From an archaeon (GTDB taxonomy: Archaea; Iainarchaeota; Iainarchaeia; Iainarchaeales; CSSED10-239): a DNA stretch of 32,000 bases. The DNA lies in the NCBI GenBank assembly GCA_035400625.1, contig DAOMZT010000002.1, positions 120,001 to 152,000 of the forward strand, given 5' to 3'. A program made the position numbers and the translations under genes. The notes below the pieces were generated by a model. It saw only the letters and a list, made by a program, of their open reading frames with translations, had not been told where the DNA came from and did no database searches. Shown in pieces: positions 11,202 to 21,000 of the stretch; position 1 is the first letter of the stretch, and every line of letters begins with the position of its first letter.

Positions 11202-12281
11202 TTATGCCCTAATATTTGCAAGTTCAATCTTTGCTTTATTTAGCTCTTTTAATATTTCTGAATTTACTGCATCTTTAACCAACATCTGATCCCAATAATC
11301 CAGATTTCTATTTATCCAAATAACATAAGTAATATCCATAGAAAATGCAGAAAACTTATCAAAGAAAATATGATATTCTTCCATTAGTTCTCTTGTCTTT
11401 TGTTTTTTATGTATTGTTTGTTCTATTATTTTTTTTGCCTTCTCTATTTGTTCGGCAGTTGATTTGTTTGATAATGATAATGTTGCAACAATTCTTCTGC
11501 CAGGCATCATAGATATATTTTCAAGGGTTGTTCCTGAAAGCTTACTGTTTGGAACTGTTTGTATGGTGCCATCAAAGGTCCTAACTTTTGTTGTTCTTAT
11601 TCCTATCTCTTTTACTGTGCCAAAAACAATACCATCGTCTGCCTTAATCAAATCTCCAACCTTTAATGGCCTTTCTGTGTAAATGACAATACCACTAAAG
11701 AAATTCTCAAGTAATTCTTTAGCTGCAAAGGCCACAGCAATACCACCTATTCCAAGACCAGCAATTAAACCATTAACATTATATCCCAAGTTTGAAATTA
11801 TTAGTAATATAGCAATTGCCAAAACAAATATTTTAATAAGTGTTTTAATCAATGGCTTAAGATAATCGTATCTTTTTATTTGATCATTTCCTGCTGCAAA
11901 TTTCCCAAGATATTTTTCTATAACAGTAATTAACACTTTAATTATGAACCATGCAGTAAACAACACATACAAGGAAAAAGTTAGTTTTTCAATAACAACA
12001 GCAACTGCGGTACTTGTCTGAAATACCTTTGCAGAATTTCTTAAAATCCCAACAAAAATAATGAATAATATTGGTTCTGGGTTTCTTAAAATATGAAACA
12101 ATACTGCGTATCTCTTTATTTTATCTTCTAATTTCTTAAAAATATAATCAAATGATTTTGCAGTAAGCTTAATAAAAACAATTCCAAAAATAACCAGCAA
12201 AATAAACAATAGATATGTGGATACTGGATTTCCCCAAATCATTTTATCTAATATCGCAAGTCCTGTAATCATAGTGATCAA
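11202..12281 (-). CDS. mechanosensitive ion channel, MscS family
   Basis: N-terminal TM helices followed by the MscS beta-domain signature PLKVGDLI...GTVKEIGIRTTKVRTFDGTIQTVPNSKL. The track start is TTG; the first ATG is at 12272. Confidence 0.85.
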   Translation of the reverse strand: MITMITGLAILDKMIWGNPVSTYLLFILLVIFGIVFIKLTAKSFDYIFKKLEDKIKRYAVLFHILRNPEPILFIIFVGILRNSAKVFQTSTAVAVVIEKLTFSLYVLFTAWFIIKVLITVIEKYLGKFAAGNDQIKRYDYLKPLIKTLIKIFVLAIAILLIISNLGYNVNGLIAGLGIGGIAVAFAAKELLENFFSGIVIYTERPLKVGDLIKADDGIVFGTVKEIGIRTTKVRTFDGTIQTVPNSKLSGTTLENISMMPGRRIVATLSLSNKSTAEQIEKAKKIIEQTIHKKQKTRELMEEYHIFFDKFSAFSMDITYVIWINRNLDYWDQMLVKDAVNSEILKELNKAKIELANIRA

Positions 12282-12341
12282 CTAATTATTATTTTTAGCA
12301 CATAAATCTTTTAAATATATTCAAAATCAGAAACCATAAAG

Positions 12342-12413
12342 CGCCCTAGACGGGAGTCGGACCCGTCCCGCAACCTCGACAGGGTTGCATCCTAACCGAT
12401 AGACTACTAGGGC
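12342..12413 (-). tRNA. tRNA-Asp (anticodon GUC)
   Basis: Hand-folded cloverleaf from the reverse complement GCCCTAGTAGTCTATCGGTTAGGATGCAACCCTGTCGAGGTTGCGGGACGGGTCCGACTCCCGTCTAGGGCG. The 7-bp acceptor stem is GCCCTAG/CTAGGGC and the anticodon stem is CAACC/GGTTG with loop CTGTCGA. No encoded CCA. The T-loop reads TCCGACT. Confidence 0.85.
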
Positions 12414-12463
12414 TAAAATTCGATTTAATATAATATATTTAGTCTACAAAATATTTATATATA

Positions 12464-13084
12464 TTAATGTTTGTTTGCTTTTGATATCTTATAGAACGCA
12501 AAAACACCAATAACAACAACTACAATAAACACCAGTATTATGTTTAATGTATGCACTATGCTTTGTGCAGCAGATTGCCCTACAGAATAGCCTAATATTG
12601 TTAAAAAGGTAGTCCAAATACCAGCACCCAGTCCTGTAAATAACACAAATTTTCCAAAATGCATGTTTGCAAAGCCTGCTGGCAAAGATATATATTGCCT
12701 AACAACAGGTATCAATCTTCCAATAAATGTGGTTTTTACTCCATTTTTTTTAAAATAATTTTCTGTAGTGCTTAGGTGTTTTTCATTTATGAAAAGAAAT
12801 TTTTTATGTTTAAGGATAATTTCTCTTCCTAGATATTTGCCAATCACATAATTTACAACAGCTCCTGCAATAGAACCAAGTATTCCAAAAAATATTACTA
12901 TGAAAATATTTAACTTTCCTGTAGACACAAGATATCCAGCAGGTATCATTACAACTTCTGAAGGAAAAGGGATAAACGAGCTTTCAATAGTCATAAGTAT
13001 AAATATAGAAAGATAGTTTATGTTATTCAGAAAATATGCAAAAAGTGATTCAAACATGTTTACCCTTATAAAATAAAGAACCAA
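12464..13084 (-). CDS. DedA/SNARE-associated family membrane protein
   Basis: Motifs FIPFPSEVVMIPAGY and GRLIPVVRQYISLPAG with flanking TM helices. The track start is TTG; the likely ATG start is at 13057 (MFESLFAYF...). Confidence 0.85.
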   Translation of the reverse strand: MVLYFIRVNMFESLFAYFLNNINYLSIFILMTIESSFIPFPSEVVMIPAGYLVSTGKLNIFIVIFFGILGSIAGAVVNYVIGKYLGREIILKHKKFLFINEKHLSTTENYFKKNGVKTTFIGRLIPVVRQYISLPAGFANMHFGKFVLFTGLGAGIWTTFLTILGYSVGQSAAQSIVHTLNIILVFIVVVVIGVFAFYKISKANKH

Positions 13085-13097
13085 TAATATTTTAAAC

Positions 13098-13928
13098 TTA
13101 AATTATTGCAGGACTTATAAAGAATATTCCAATTGCTGTTGGCAATAAAAACAAAAGATAGATTATTGATTTTTTCAGATCAGATTCTAACATTCCTAAA
13201 TAAATAGAAGAAATAATTACATATTCAATAATATAAACAATACAACAAACATAACAAACATTAAAAAGACCAGAACTTGCTATTGCTTCTCCTTGAATAG
13301 ATTGCAATAAAGAAAAATCAAGATTGCTTGTTAGTTTTTTTACTAAACTTATAACTATTCCTAAAATTCCAGGAACTATTAAACCGCCTGCAAAGATAAT
13401 TGTATATTTCTGCATCAATAGGGCAGACGCTCTTTCATCTATCAACTGCTTGGATTTTATGAAGTTGCTTGCAAATGACCTATAGTCTGCTACAGAAACT
13501 GTTCCTGTGGTTATTGAATTTAGTAAAAGTTCAAGAAACCTATCAAGTATCTCTGAATTATATTTTTTTGAAAATGCTAAAAATAGTTCTCTGATATTAT
13601 GCCCTGCTTCGACTTTTCTTTGTATTTGCTTAAATTCTTTTTCAATTATTTTGTGCTTTGAATCAGAAAGCTTACTTAAAATCTGCTTTAAGTCGTTTGC
13701 TTTTGGCAGGCTAGATAAAAGCAAAACCTCATCAATCAACGCATTTTCTAGTGCTTTTCTTCTTTGGTTAAAAAAGTATTTTTTTAACATTGCTTCTAAT
13801 AAATAATAAACCAGATTACCAGAAACAACAACTATCAAACACAAGTAAATGCTTTTTAATACAAATAATAATATCAAAAGAAGCACTATGCTTAGACTTG
13901 CTTGAATAATTATTTTTGTTTTAGTCAT
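13098..13928 (-). CDS. type IV filament platform protein, single T2SSF (TadC/FlaJ-like) domain
   Basis: 276 aa with an N-terminal TM, a cytoplasmic helical T2SSF-like domain and C-terminal TM helices. Its ATG directly abuts the stop of the upstream gene (13928/13929). Confidence 0.65.
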   Translation of the reverse strand: MTKTKIIIQASLSIVLLLILLFVLKSIYLCLIVVVSGNLVYYLLEAMLKKYFFNQRRKALENALIDEVLLLSSLPKANDLKQILSKLSDSKHKIIEKEFKQIQRKVEAGHNIRELFLAFSKKYNSEILDRFLELLLNSITTGTVSVADYRSFASNFIKSKQLIDERASALLMQKYTIIFAGGLIVPGILGIVISLVKKLTSNLDFSLLQSIQGEAIASSGLFNVCYVCCIVYIIEYVIISSIYLGMLESDLKKSIIYLLFLLPTAIGIFFISPAII

Positions 13929-14645
13929 TTACACCAGATTTGATCTCATAAACATTAAAATAAACATATCAATTATTGGAAAAAATACTACAGTTATCAT
14001 AATCACACCAATTTTAGAAATACTTATTTCAAAGAAATTACTGCCCACAAGAAAAAACATCAAGAACAAAGCAGGAACGATTGCAGAAACAACAACAAAG
14101 ATCAGGGAAATAAAATTTAATTTTGTTGAATAATTTTTGATTGCAATGCTTTGTTGTTCAGAAAAATTATTTGAAAGTATTCTAAAGGTTTCTGCTTTGT
14201 TTGTTGTGCCACTTGACAGAATATCATTTATTTGATATATTACTTTTTGTAGTTCTTTATTATCTTTTGTGCTTTCTTCAAGAGCAGATTCAAGATTATA
14301 GCCTTTCTTTACTACTAAATCCATCGCTTTTTTTATTTTCTTGCCAATTGCAGAATCCTGTTTAGCCCTGTTTTCTAAAGCCAACTTTAATGGCATGTTC
14401 TTTTCTATGTCGCTTGCCAGATTATTCAGAAAGAACGGTAACTCTCTTAATATTCTTGTTTTATTATCCTGTGCTTTTATTTTTTTTATAAAGTAAATTG
14501 TTGAGAAATATAAAACAAAGAAACCTACCTGAGCAAATATCAAATAATCAATTTCGGTATCTATTACCTGACTAAGTAAAAGATAAATTACGGTAATTGA
14601 TATAAACACAATTACATAATATCTTATTATTTTATTTTTTAACAT
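13929..14645 (-). CDS. type IV filament platform protein, single T2SSF (TadB/FlaJ-like) domain
   Basis: 238 aa with an N-terminal TM pair and a helical domain LPFFLNNLASDIEKNMPLKLALE...VVKKGYNLESALEE typical of T2SSF, followed by C-terminal TMs. Its start overlaps the ATPase gene by 14 nt. Confidence 0.65.
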   Translation of the reverse strand: MLKNKIIRYYVIVFISITVIYLLLSQVIDTEIDYLIFAQVGFFVLYFSTIYFIKKIKAQDNKTRILRELPFFLNNLASDIEKNMPLKLALENRAKQDSAIGKKIKKAMDLVVKKGYNLESALEESTKDNKELQKVIYQINDILSSGTTNKAETFRILSNNFSEQQSIAIKNYSTKLNFISLIFVVVSAIVPALFLMFFLVGSNFFEISISKIGVIMITVVFFPIIDMFILMFMRSNLV

Positions 14646-16413
14646 CTTTTATTTTACCTTTTGTTTTAGGCATAGAAAAGATCTCTTGCTCTTCTTGCCT
14701 TATTCTTTCCTTTAGCTCTTTTGTAGATGAAATATTAAACGAAACTTGAAATTTCTGCATTAGCTTTTTTGGAAAGTTCTTGAAGATTAATTTTTTTGTT
14801 TTAAAATCATATTCAAAGATTTTGTTTATTTTTATTTTATTATCTTTAAAATCAATTTCTGAGATTTCAAAGACCTTTCTTTTGTCTTTTGTCTGTATTG
14901 TTTCATTTTCTTTAGAATATTCATTGTATCTTCTTTGGGTTATTATCAGATCAATCGCACCAATATCTGATTCTAAAATTCCATAAGAGAGCAACCTTAA
15001 AACAGCATCATTTGCTGATTGAGCATGAAAAGTAGTGTAAGTGCCTTTTGCTTGACCTGAAAGAAGGGAATCAATAAGAGAAAAAGATTCCTCTCTTGTT
15101 CTTACTTCTCCAATTACCACTTTGTCTGGTCGCATTCTTAACGTGTTTATTATTAGATTGTCCATGTTTATCCCAAGCTCTTTATTAACACTTGTTAGAA
15201 CCTTGTGTGGATGACTAATATTGATTTCATGAACTTCTTCAACAATAACAATTCTTTGATCTGTTGGTATGAAATTAAGAAGAGCATTTAGTGTTGTGGT
15301 TTTGCCAGAACCTGTGTTGCCAACAACAAAGACATTAGCATCAGTAAGAAAAACTAGCTTAAGAAAAGAAAGTGCTTCTTTTGTAATGGTGTTAAATTTT
15401 AAGATATCATAAATTGTAAGTGGTTTTTCAGAAAACTTTCTTATGGTTAGAGAAACGCTTTCTGTTATTGGCGAGATTAACGCATTCAATCTGGTGTGAT
15501 CTTTTAAAGTTGCATCCATTATTGGGTTTTTTAAAGTTATATATTTATTTGAATACCAGCCAAGCTTGTTTATTAGGTCCTTTACCTTCTGTTCAGAAAC
15601 ATATTTTAGGTTTGTCTCTAGCCAGCCATAATGCCTATGATAAACAAACACAGGCAAGTTTATACCAATAATACTTATCTCTTCAAGATTAAAATCAGCA
15701 AGAAGTTGAGAAAGTGGCCCAAACTCATAAAGATTATTGTATGCCATGTCTATAAGGTATTGGTATTGATCAGAATCAAGCTCAATATTATTTTTCAAAC
15801 AATAATCTACAAGCTCATCTTCTAAATCCTTTTTTACTGATATTTCATTTGTTGCTTCTTCAAGTGTTTTAAATTTATAAGAATCAAGAATATCATTGAT
15901 TACTTTTATTTCTTCTCTTGATAATCTTTGATATCTTAAAATATATTTCTGTTTATTTTCAAAGGTTTCCATCACCTTGCCATCTAAAGACAGGCCTCGC
16001 AGATATTTTTCAGTAGTAATGATATATCCTAGGTACTTGTCCAAAATTGCTTGAAGAGAACTAACTGAAACATCATCAATAAACTCTAATACATCTTTGT
16101 TTGCATAATAACATGGCATAAGAAAAGAATTGTTTACGCAAAGGTCGCATTTTCTTGGGCTTCCTTTTTTCACAACAATCGCGTTATTTGGACAGGCACT
16201 TACACATTCAAGGCAATTGTTGCAGATTTTGGAATTGATAACCACTATACCATTTTCTGTTCTTGTTATTGCTCCTTGCTTACAGGCCGTAACACAAAAG
16301 GCATCTTCACAGTTTCTGCAATTAAATACAGTCACATCTTTTTTATCAAAATTTTGATAACAATTATTAAAAAGACCTTCCTCTTTACTTAAATCTTTTA
16401 ATTTCAGATACAT
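14632..16413 (-). CDS. type II/IV secretion-family assembly ATPase (FlaI/PilB/CpaF-like) with N-terminal ferredoxin-like Cys-cluster domain
   Basis: Walker A VVGNTGSGKTTTLNALL, Asp/Walker B region RIVIVEEVHEI and RMRPDKVVIGEVR, and His box GTYTTFHAQSANDA. The N-terminal 101 aa carry 12 Cys, including CRNCEDAFCVTAC, CNNCLECVSACP and KCDLCVNNSFLMPC. Confidence 0.9.
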   Translation of the reverse strand: MYLKLKDLSKEEGLFNNCYQNFDKKDVTVFNCRNCEDAFCVTACKQGAITRTENGIVVINSKICNNCLECVSACPNNAIVVKKGSPRKCDLCVNNSFLMPCYYANKDVLEFIDDVSVSSLQAILDKYLGYIITTEKYLRGLSLDGKVMETFENKQKYILRYQRLSREEIKVINDILDSYKFKTLEEATNEISVKKDLEDELVDYCLKNNIELDSDQYQYLIDMAYNNLYEFGPLSQLLADFNLEEISIIGINLPVFVYHRHYGWLETNLKYVSEQKVKDLINKLGWYSNKYITLKNPIMDATLKDHTRLNALISPITESVSLTIRKFSEKPLTIYDILKFNTITKEALSFLKLVFLTDANVFVVGNTGSGKTTTLNALLNFIPTDQRIVIVEEVHEINISHPHKVLTSVNKELGINMDNLIINTLRMRPDKVVIGEVRTREESFSLIDSLLSGQAKGTYTTFHAQSANDAVLRLLSYGILESDIGAIDLIITQRRYNEYSKENETIQTKDKRKVFEISEIDFKDNKIKINKIFEYDFKTKKLIFKNFPKKLMQKFQVSFNISSTKELKERIRQEEQEIFSMPKTKGKIKDVKK

Positions 16414-16438
16414 CTAATAGATTTTTTGATTTTTGTGA

Positions 16439-16446
16439 TTTATAAA
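16439..16446 (-). promoter_or_regulatory. TATA box (palindromic TTTATAAA) for the ATPase/platform operon
   Basis: 25 nt lie between the box and the ATG at 16413, consistent with a leaderless first gene of the operon. Confidence 0.45.
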
Positions 16447-16490
16447 GCCCAATTATCAGTTTTTTTGTAAATTTTCAGAAAAACACATAA

Positions 16491-16498
16491 TTTTAAAA
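16491..16498 (+). promoter_or_regulatory. TATA-like element for the prs-like gene
   Basis: ttttaaaa ends 24 nt before the ATG at 16522. Confidence 0.35.
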
Positions 16499-16521
16499 GG
16501 ATTACAAAATAATATAGATAT

Positions 16522-17445
16522 ATGGATACTGACTATTTAATATTTGCTACAAATAGAGACATGTCTCTAGCAACTGTTATTGCTTCTGATACTAATGTAC
16601 CTTTAGGACACATGGATGTTAAGAAAATAAATGATTCTGAAACACTGGTAGATATAAAAAGCCATGTTCAGCAAAAAGAGATACTTTTGTTGTTTACTAT
16701 TGTACCACCAGTCAATGACTCTTTAATGCAAATTTTCTTGATTTCTGATGCTCTGACAAAACTTGGTGCAAAGGGTATACATTTAATTTTACCATATATG
16801 CCATACACAAGAATACCAGATGAGCAAGTTAATAAAATTAATTTTAATCTTATTGTTAGATTGTTCCAGACCTCTGGAGTAACTTCAATCTATACTTTTG
16901 ATATGTTTTCTCCACAGCTTGTTAATGCATTTAAGATACCAGTATATAATATAAATATAAAAAAGATATTTTCTGGGATAATAGAAGAAAAATTCAAGAA
17001 AAACCCAAATCTTGTTGTTACAACAGTAGACTATGAACTAAAAGAAAGAGCAACAGAAATTTCTAAAGTTATTGGTTGTGATTTTGTATATGTAAATAAG
17101 ATTGATGAAAATAACGAAAATGGCTTTGAAATTAACAAGAGTGTAAACAACAAAGATGTTTTAATTGTTGGAAACAGAATCGCTTCTGGAGAAATAATAA
17201 TAAGGTTTGCTAATTTTTTGGCTTTAAAGGGTGCGAAAAATATATATCTAATTGCAACACATGGACTTTTTAGTGAAAATGCAGTAGAGAGATTAAATGG
17301 TTCAATAATTAAGGAAATCTATGTGTTTTCCTCTCCAAAAAGCAAGCTTTCTTCAAAAATTAAGATTATTCCTTATGCCCCGATCTATAAGGAAATTATC
17401 TCAAGAGTTATTGAAAAAAAGAACATAATTAGCTTTATAAACTAA
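16522..17445 (+). CDS. ribose-phosphate pyrophosphokinase (PRPP synthetase) homologue with degenerate catalytic motifs
   Basis: Collinear with Prs: PVNDSLMQIFLISDALTKLGAKGIHLILPYMPY, ATHGLFSENAVERLNGSIIKEI. However YARQDRK is replaced by YTRIPDE, DLHA by DMFS, and the PRPP loop DD..DT.GT by GNRIASGE. Confidence 0.8.
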   Translation: MDTDYLIFATNRDMSLATVIASDTNVPLGHMDVKKINDSETLVDIKSHVQQKEILLLFTIVPPVNDSLMQIFLISDALTKLGAKGIHLILPYMPYTRIPDEQVNKINFNLIVRLFQTSGVTSIYTFDMFSPQLVNAFKIPVYNINIKKIFSGIIEEKFKKNPNLVVTTVDYELKERATEISKVIGCDFVYVNKIDENNENGFEINKSVNNKDVLIVGNRIASGEIIIRFANFLALKGAKNIYLIATHGLFSENAVERLNGSIIKEIYVFSSPKSKLSSKIKIIPYAPIYKEIISRVIEKKNIISFIN

Positions 17446-17456
17446 TTGCTAATATA

Positions 17457-17464
17457 TTATATAT
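17457..17464 (+). promoter_or_regulatory. TATA-like element for the PPC-domain gene
   Basis: ttatatat ends 22 nt before the ATG at 17486. Confidence 0.4.
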
Positions 17465-17485
17465 AGTATTTTAAAATGTGATAAT

Positions 17486-17989
17486 ATGATAAAAAGTAGA
17501 TTTGCAGATACTGCAGAAACAAATAACACAATGCTTGAAATAATTCTAGATGATGGCGATGAAATTGTGGAATGTGTAGAAAACGCATTTATTCAAAATA
17601 ATATTAAAAAAGCAAGTCTTATCTCAGCAAAAGGAAAATTAAGAAATATAAAAATAGCAACAACTAGAAGTGGAACTTTAAGGCAAAGAGAATATGCAGA
17701 TCCTTGTGCTATTAAAAGCGTTTCTGGAGACTTTACAAAGATTAAAGAAAACGAGTATATGGGTGATTTCCATATTTCCATTGCAAGAGATGAAATACAC
17801 ACGGTAAGTGGTGTTTTAATCAAGGGTGTTGCTGATGGGGAATTAACCATAGTTTTTAAAATTATTGCTGAGCTTAATGAAGGAACAATCTATAGTCCTG
17901 AAGGTCAGAAAGAAGTAACGATGGTAAAAGAAAAGATAATTGAAGAGACTGCTCCTAAAAAACCAAAGAAGGAAATGATTATTGCTTAA
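17486..17989 (+). CDS. PPC/DUF296-domain protein with lysine-rich C-terminal extension
   Basis: The pattern LISAKGKL...IKSVSGDF...GDFHISIARDEIHTVSGVLIKGVADGELTIVF resembles the PPC (DUF296) beta-fold signature (iGsl...SlsG...HlH.sl....v.GGHl). Family call is from memory. Confidence 0.55.
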   Translation: MIKSRFADTAETNNTMLEIILDDGDEIVECVENAFIQNNIKKASLISAKGKLRNIKIATTRSGTLRQREYADPCAIKSVSGDFTKIKENEYMGDFHISIARDEIHTVSGVLIKGVADGELTIVFKIIAELNEGTIYSPEGQKEVTMVKEKIIEETAPKKPKKEMIIA

Positions 17990-18002
17990 ATCATTCTATT
18001 TC

Positions 18003-21000
18003 TTATCTTTCGTATTTTATTTTTGGAAATCCGCTATCTGGTTTTCTTTTTCTTTCAATAATCAAAAATAAAACCAATAAAATTATTATTATTCCAATTA
18101 TCCAAAATACCCATGAGAAGTCATGTTTAACCTTACTGCAAATTCCATTAACACAATCGCTTTCTTCTAATATCTCATTTAAGTCTTCTTCATCACGTAA
18201 TAGTGCCATGTCTGTCATCTTGGCATTTGATATGAATTTGTTATCTATCACTTCTTTTTGAGCTACTTTTTTAATTGTGTAATTTAAATCAATGGTTTGG
18301 CCTGGGCTTATAGAAGGAATTAGCCATTCAACTATTGGGTCTCTAGAAACTATCCTTGTTGGATATGTTGTAAAGTCTATATCTGAAACGTCATTTGCTA
18401 TTTCTTTAGGGATATATTCAGTTATCAGTACATTTTCTACTATCTTTGTGCTTGGGTTGTATATTGATATTATATATTGTGCATTTGCTTTGCTTATTGT
18501 TCCATTTTTCTTAGTTATTGTAATTTCTGTTGTTCTAATTATGATTATTCCGTCTTCTCCAATTTTTGAATCTGAATAGACAAGAGTGTAGGCATCATCA
18601 TCTAATATTTCTGTGCTGTTTTGTGATTGACTATCTTCTGTTTCTTCATTGTTTTCTTCTGGAACATATATAATCTTTTTACTTTTACTGCCTCCGCCTG
18701 ATGAAGAACTGGTTATTTCAAAATTAACGTCTTTGTTTGTGTTGTTGTGTGCCCTATCTTTACAGTAAATAAAATATTGGTAATTGCCAATAGAAAGATT
18801 ATCAAATGTCCAAGATAAATTTGTTCCTTGCTTTTCATTATCGCTTGAAGCACCATCAAAGTTATCATTTTCTGTGTTTGTGTCTATTCTACAAGTTACA
18901 TGTTCATTAGCATCTACAGAAATAATTGCTGTTCTTCGTACAATTCTTTTTGTTAAGTTTATCTCTGGTGCATTTTTGTCAATCTTAACAATTGTGAATT
19001 TTATGGTTTCATTATTGTCTGCATTATCTTGAGAGAAATATCTGATATATTTTACACATGTTCCTTCTGGACAATTTACTGAAACATTTGTTCCTATTTC
19101 GGTTGGAATACAAGCATTTAGAGTATCCACACAATAATATGTGTGTTTTACTCCGCTCCAATCATCAGTTGCTGTTAAAGTTATAGTCCTATCGTTTGCA
19201 TGCCAATTATTATCAGAGTTATCAATTGTTATTGGTGCATCATTATCAATTGCAACATATGTTGTTTTTTGAACTTCATAATTTCCCACCTTGTCTTTAG
19301 AATAATAAGTTAATTCATGATTTCCATCACTTGATAAGATAATAGAGTCATAATATTGGTAGGTTTCATTATTAAAGTCATAATAGCTTTTATCGCATCC
19401 AGAGCCATTAAAATCATTACAATCAAAATAAAGTGTAAGTGGTCCTTTTCTCCAAGTATTTGGGTTGTCATTTACTATGCTTGTTGTTGGGCTTTTGGTA
19501 TCGCCTGTATAAGTATCTGTTCCTAATGCATTTCTTGTATTTGATAGATTATCTGTTGCTCTAAGATTAAAAGAATATTTATTGCCATCTGTTATTATTA
19601 TTGATTCACTAATACACATGCCATTTGTTGCATTCCATGTTGCTGGTTGCCAATTATTGCCATCAATCGTGTAATTACAATCCCTTATGCCTGAACCAAC
19701 ATCGCTAGCATATGCAAAAATTGTTCCTGTTCCATTAATAAACAATCCAGAAACATTAAAGTCTTCAGATAGTGTTGTGCTACTAATTGTTGGGGGCAAA
19801 GTATCTCCTGTGTATTTGATTGTAGGAATTCCTGTTGCTAATCTATTAAGATCATCTTCTATTCTTGTGTTAAAAATATAATTTGTTCCATTTATTATTG
19901 TTATTTCATCAGACTCACAACGATTTTCATCAGCATTCCAATTTGCAGGATACCAGCTTAACCCATCTGTTGTATATTCACAACTGTTTGTATCAAGTCC
20001 TGCACCGTTAGTATCTGTTATTTTACCACCTATTACTCTGCCAGTGCCTGTGATATAGTTTTCAGATATTGAAAAGTCTATTGTTTCTGTTTGGCCAACA
20101 GCAGGATAATTTTTATCTATTTTTACAAGATTAGATGTTTTTGGGTCTTCTTCGTTTCCTGCATTATCCACAGAATAATATACCACATATTTTTCACAAA
20201 TTGAATTTTCTAGACATGTGATTTCAACAACTGTTCCTTCTTTATTTGGAGAACAGCTGTTACTATCATCAACACAATACCTTGTATAATCGATTCCACT
20301 TGTTGCATCATATGGACTTAAAGTGATATTTAGATCAGTAGCATGCCATTGATTATCTGAGTTATCAGTAGTTTCAGGAGGTGTCTTATCTATTGCTATA
20401 TATGCTGTCTGTATATTTTCATAATTATCAACATTATCAACTGAACGATATTTAAAAAGATGATTGCCATCAGATGAAAATACAATTGTACGAGTATATT
20501 CTTTTATTTCGCCATTGTTTATTCTATAATGACTACTTTTACAGCCAGAACCATTACCATCATCACATGTTAAATTTATATCAATGTCTGTGGTGTTCCA
20601 ACCATCATTTATTTCTGTTGCTGTTGTTGTTGGAGCATTACTATCAACAATATAACTTTGTGTGCCTTCACCTGTTCCAACATTGCCCAGATTGTCTGAT
20701 ACTCTTGTCTTAAATATTTTTGAACCTTCACTTACACTAAAGGTTGGAGACTCACAATGATTATCAGTCCAGATTCCTGGTTTCCATGTATTACCATCAT
20801 TAGCAGAATATAAACAAGTAGTTGTATTTATTCCTGAGCCATTATCTGTTGCTGTCCCAGAAACTACAATTCCTGAATGATTTATGAAATCATTATATAT
20901 TGAAAAACCAGTTACTGTTGTTGCGCCAACAGCAGGGGCTTGAGTATCTCCAATGTAAGTTATTGTTGGAGTTCCAGTGCCTATTGATCCTGCATTGTTT

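Noticed and set aside
16439-16446. The palindromic TTTATAAA box serving as a bidirectional promoter for both the ATPase operon and the prs-like gene
   Set aside because: It is 76 nt from the prs-like ATG at 16522, which has its own better-placed TATA-like element at 16491-16498. Only the minus-strand role is supported by spacing.
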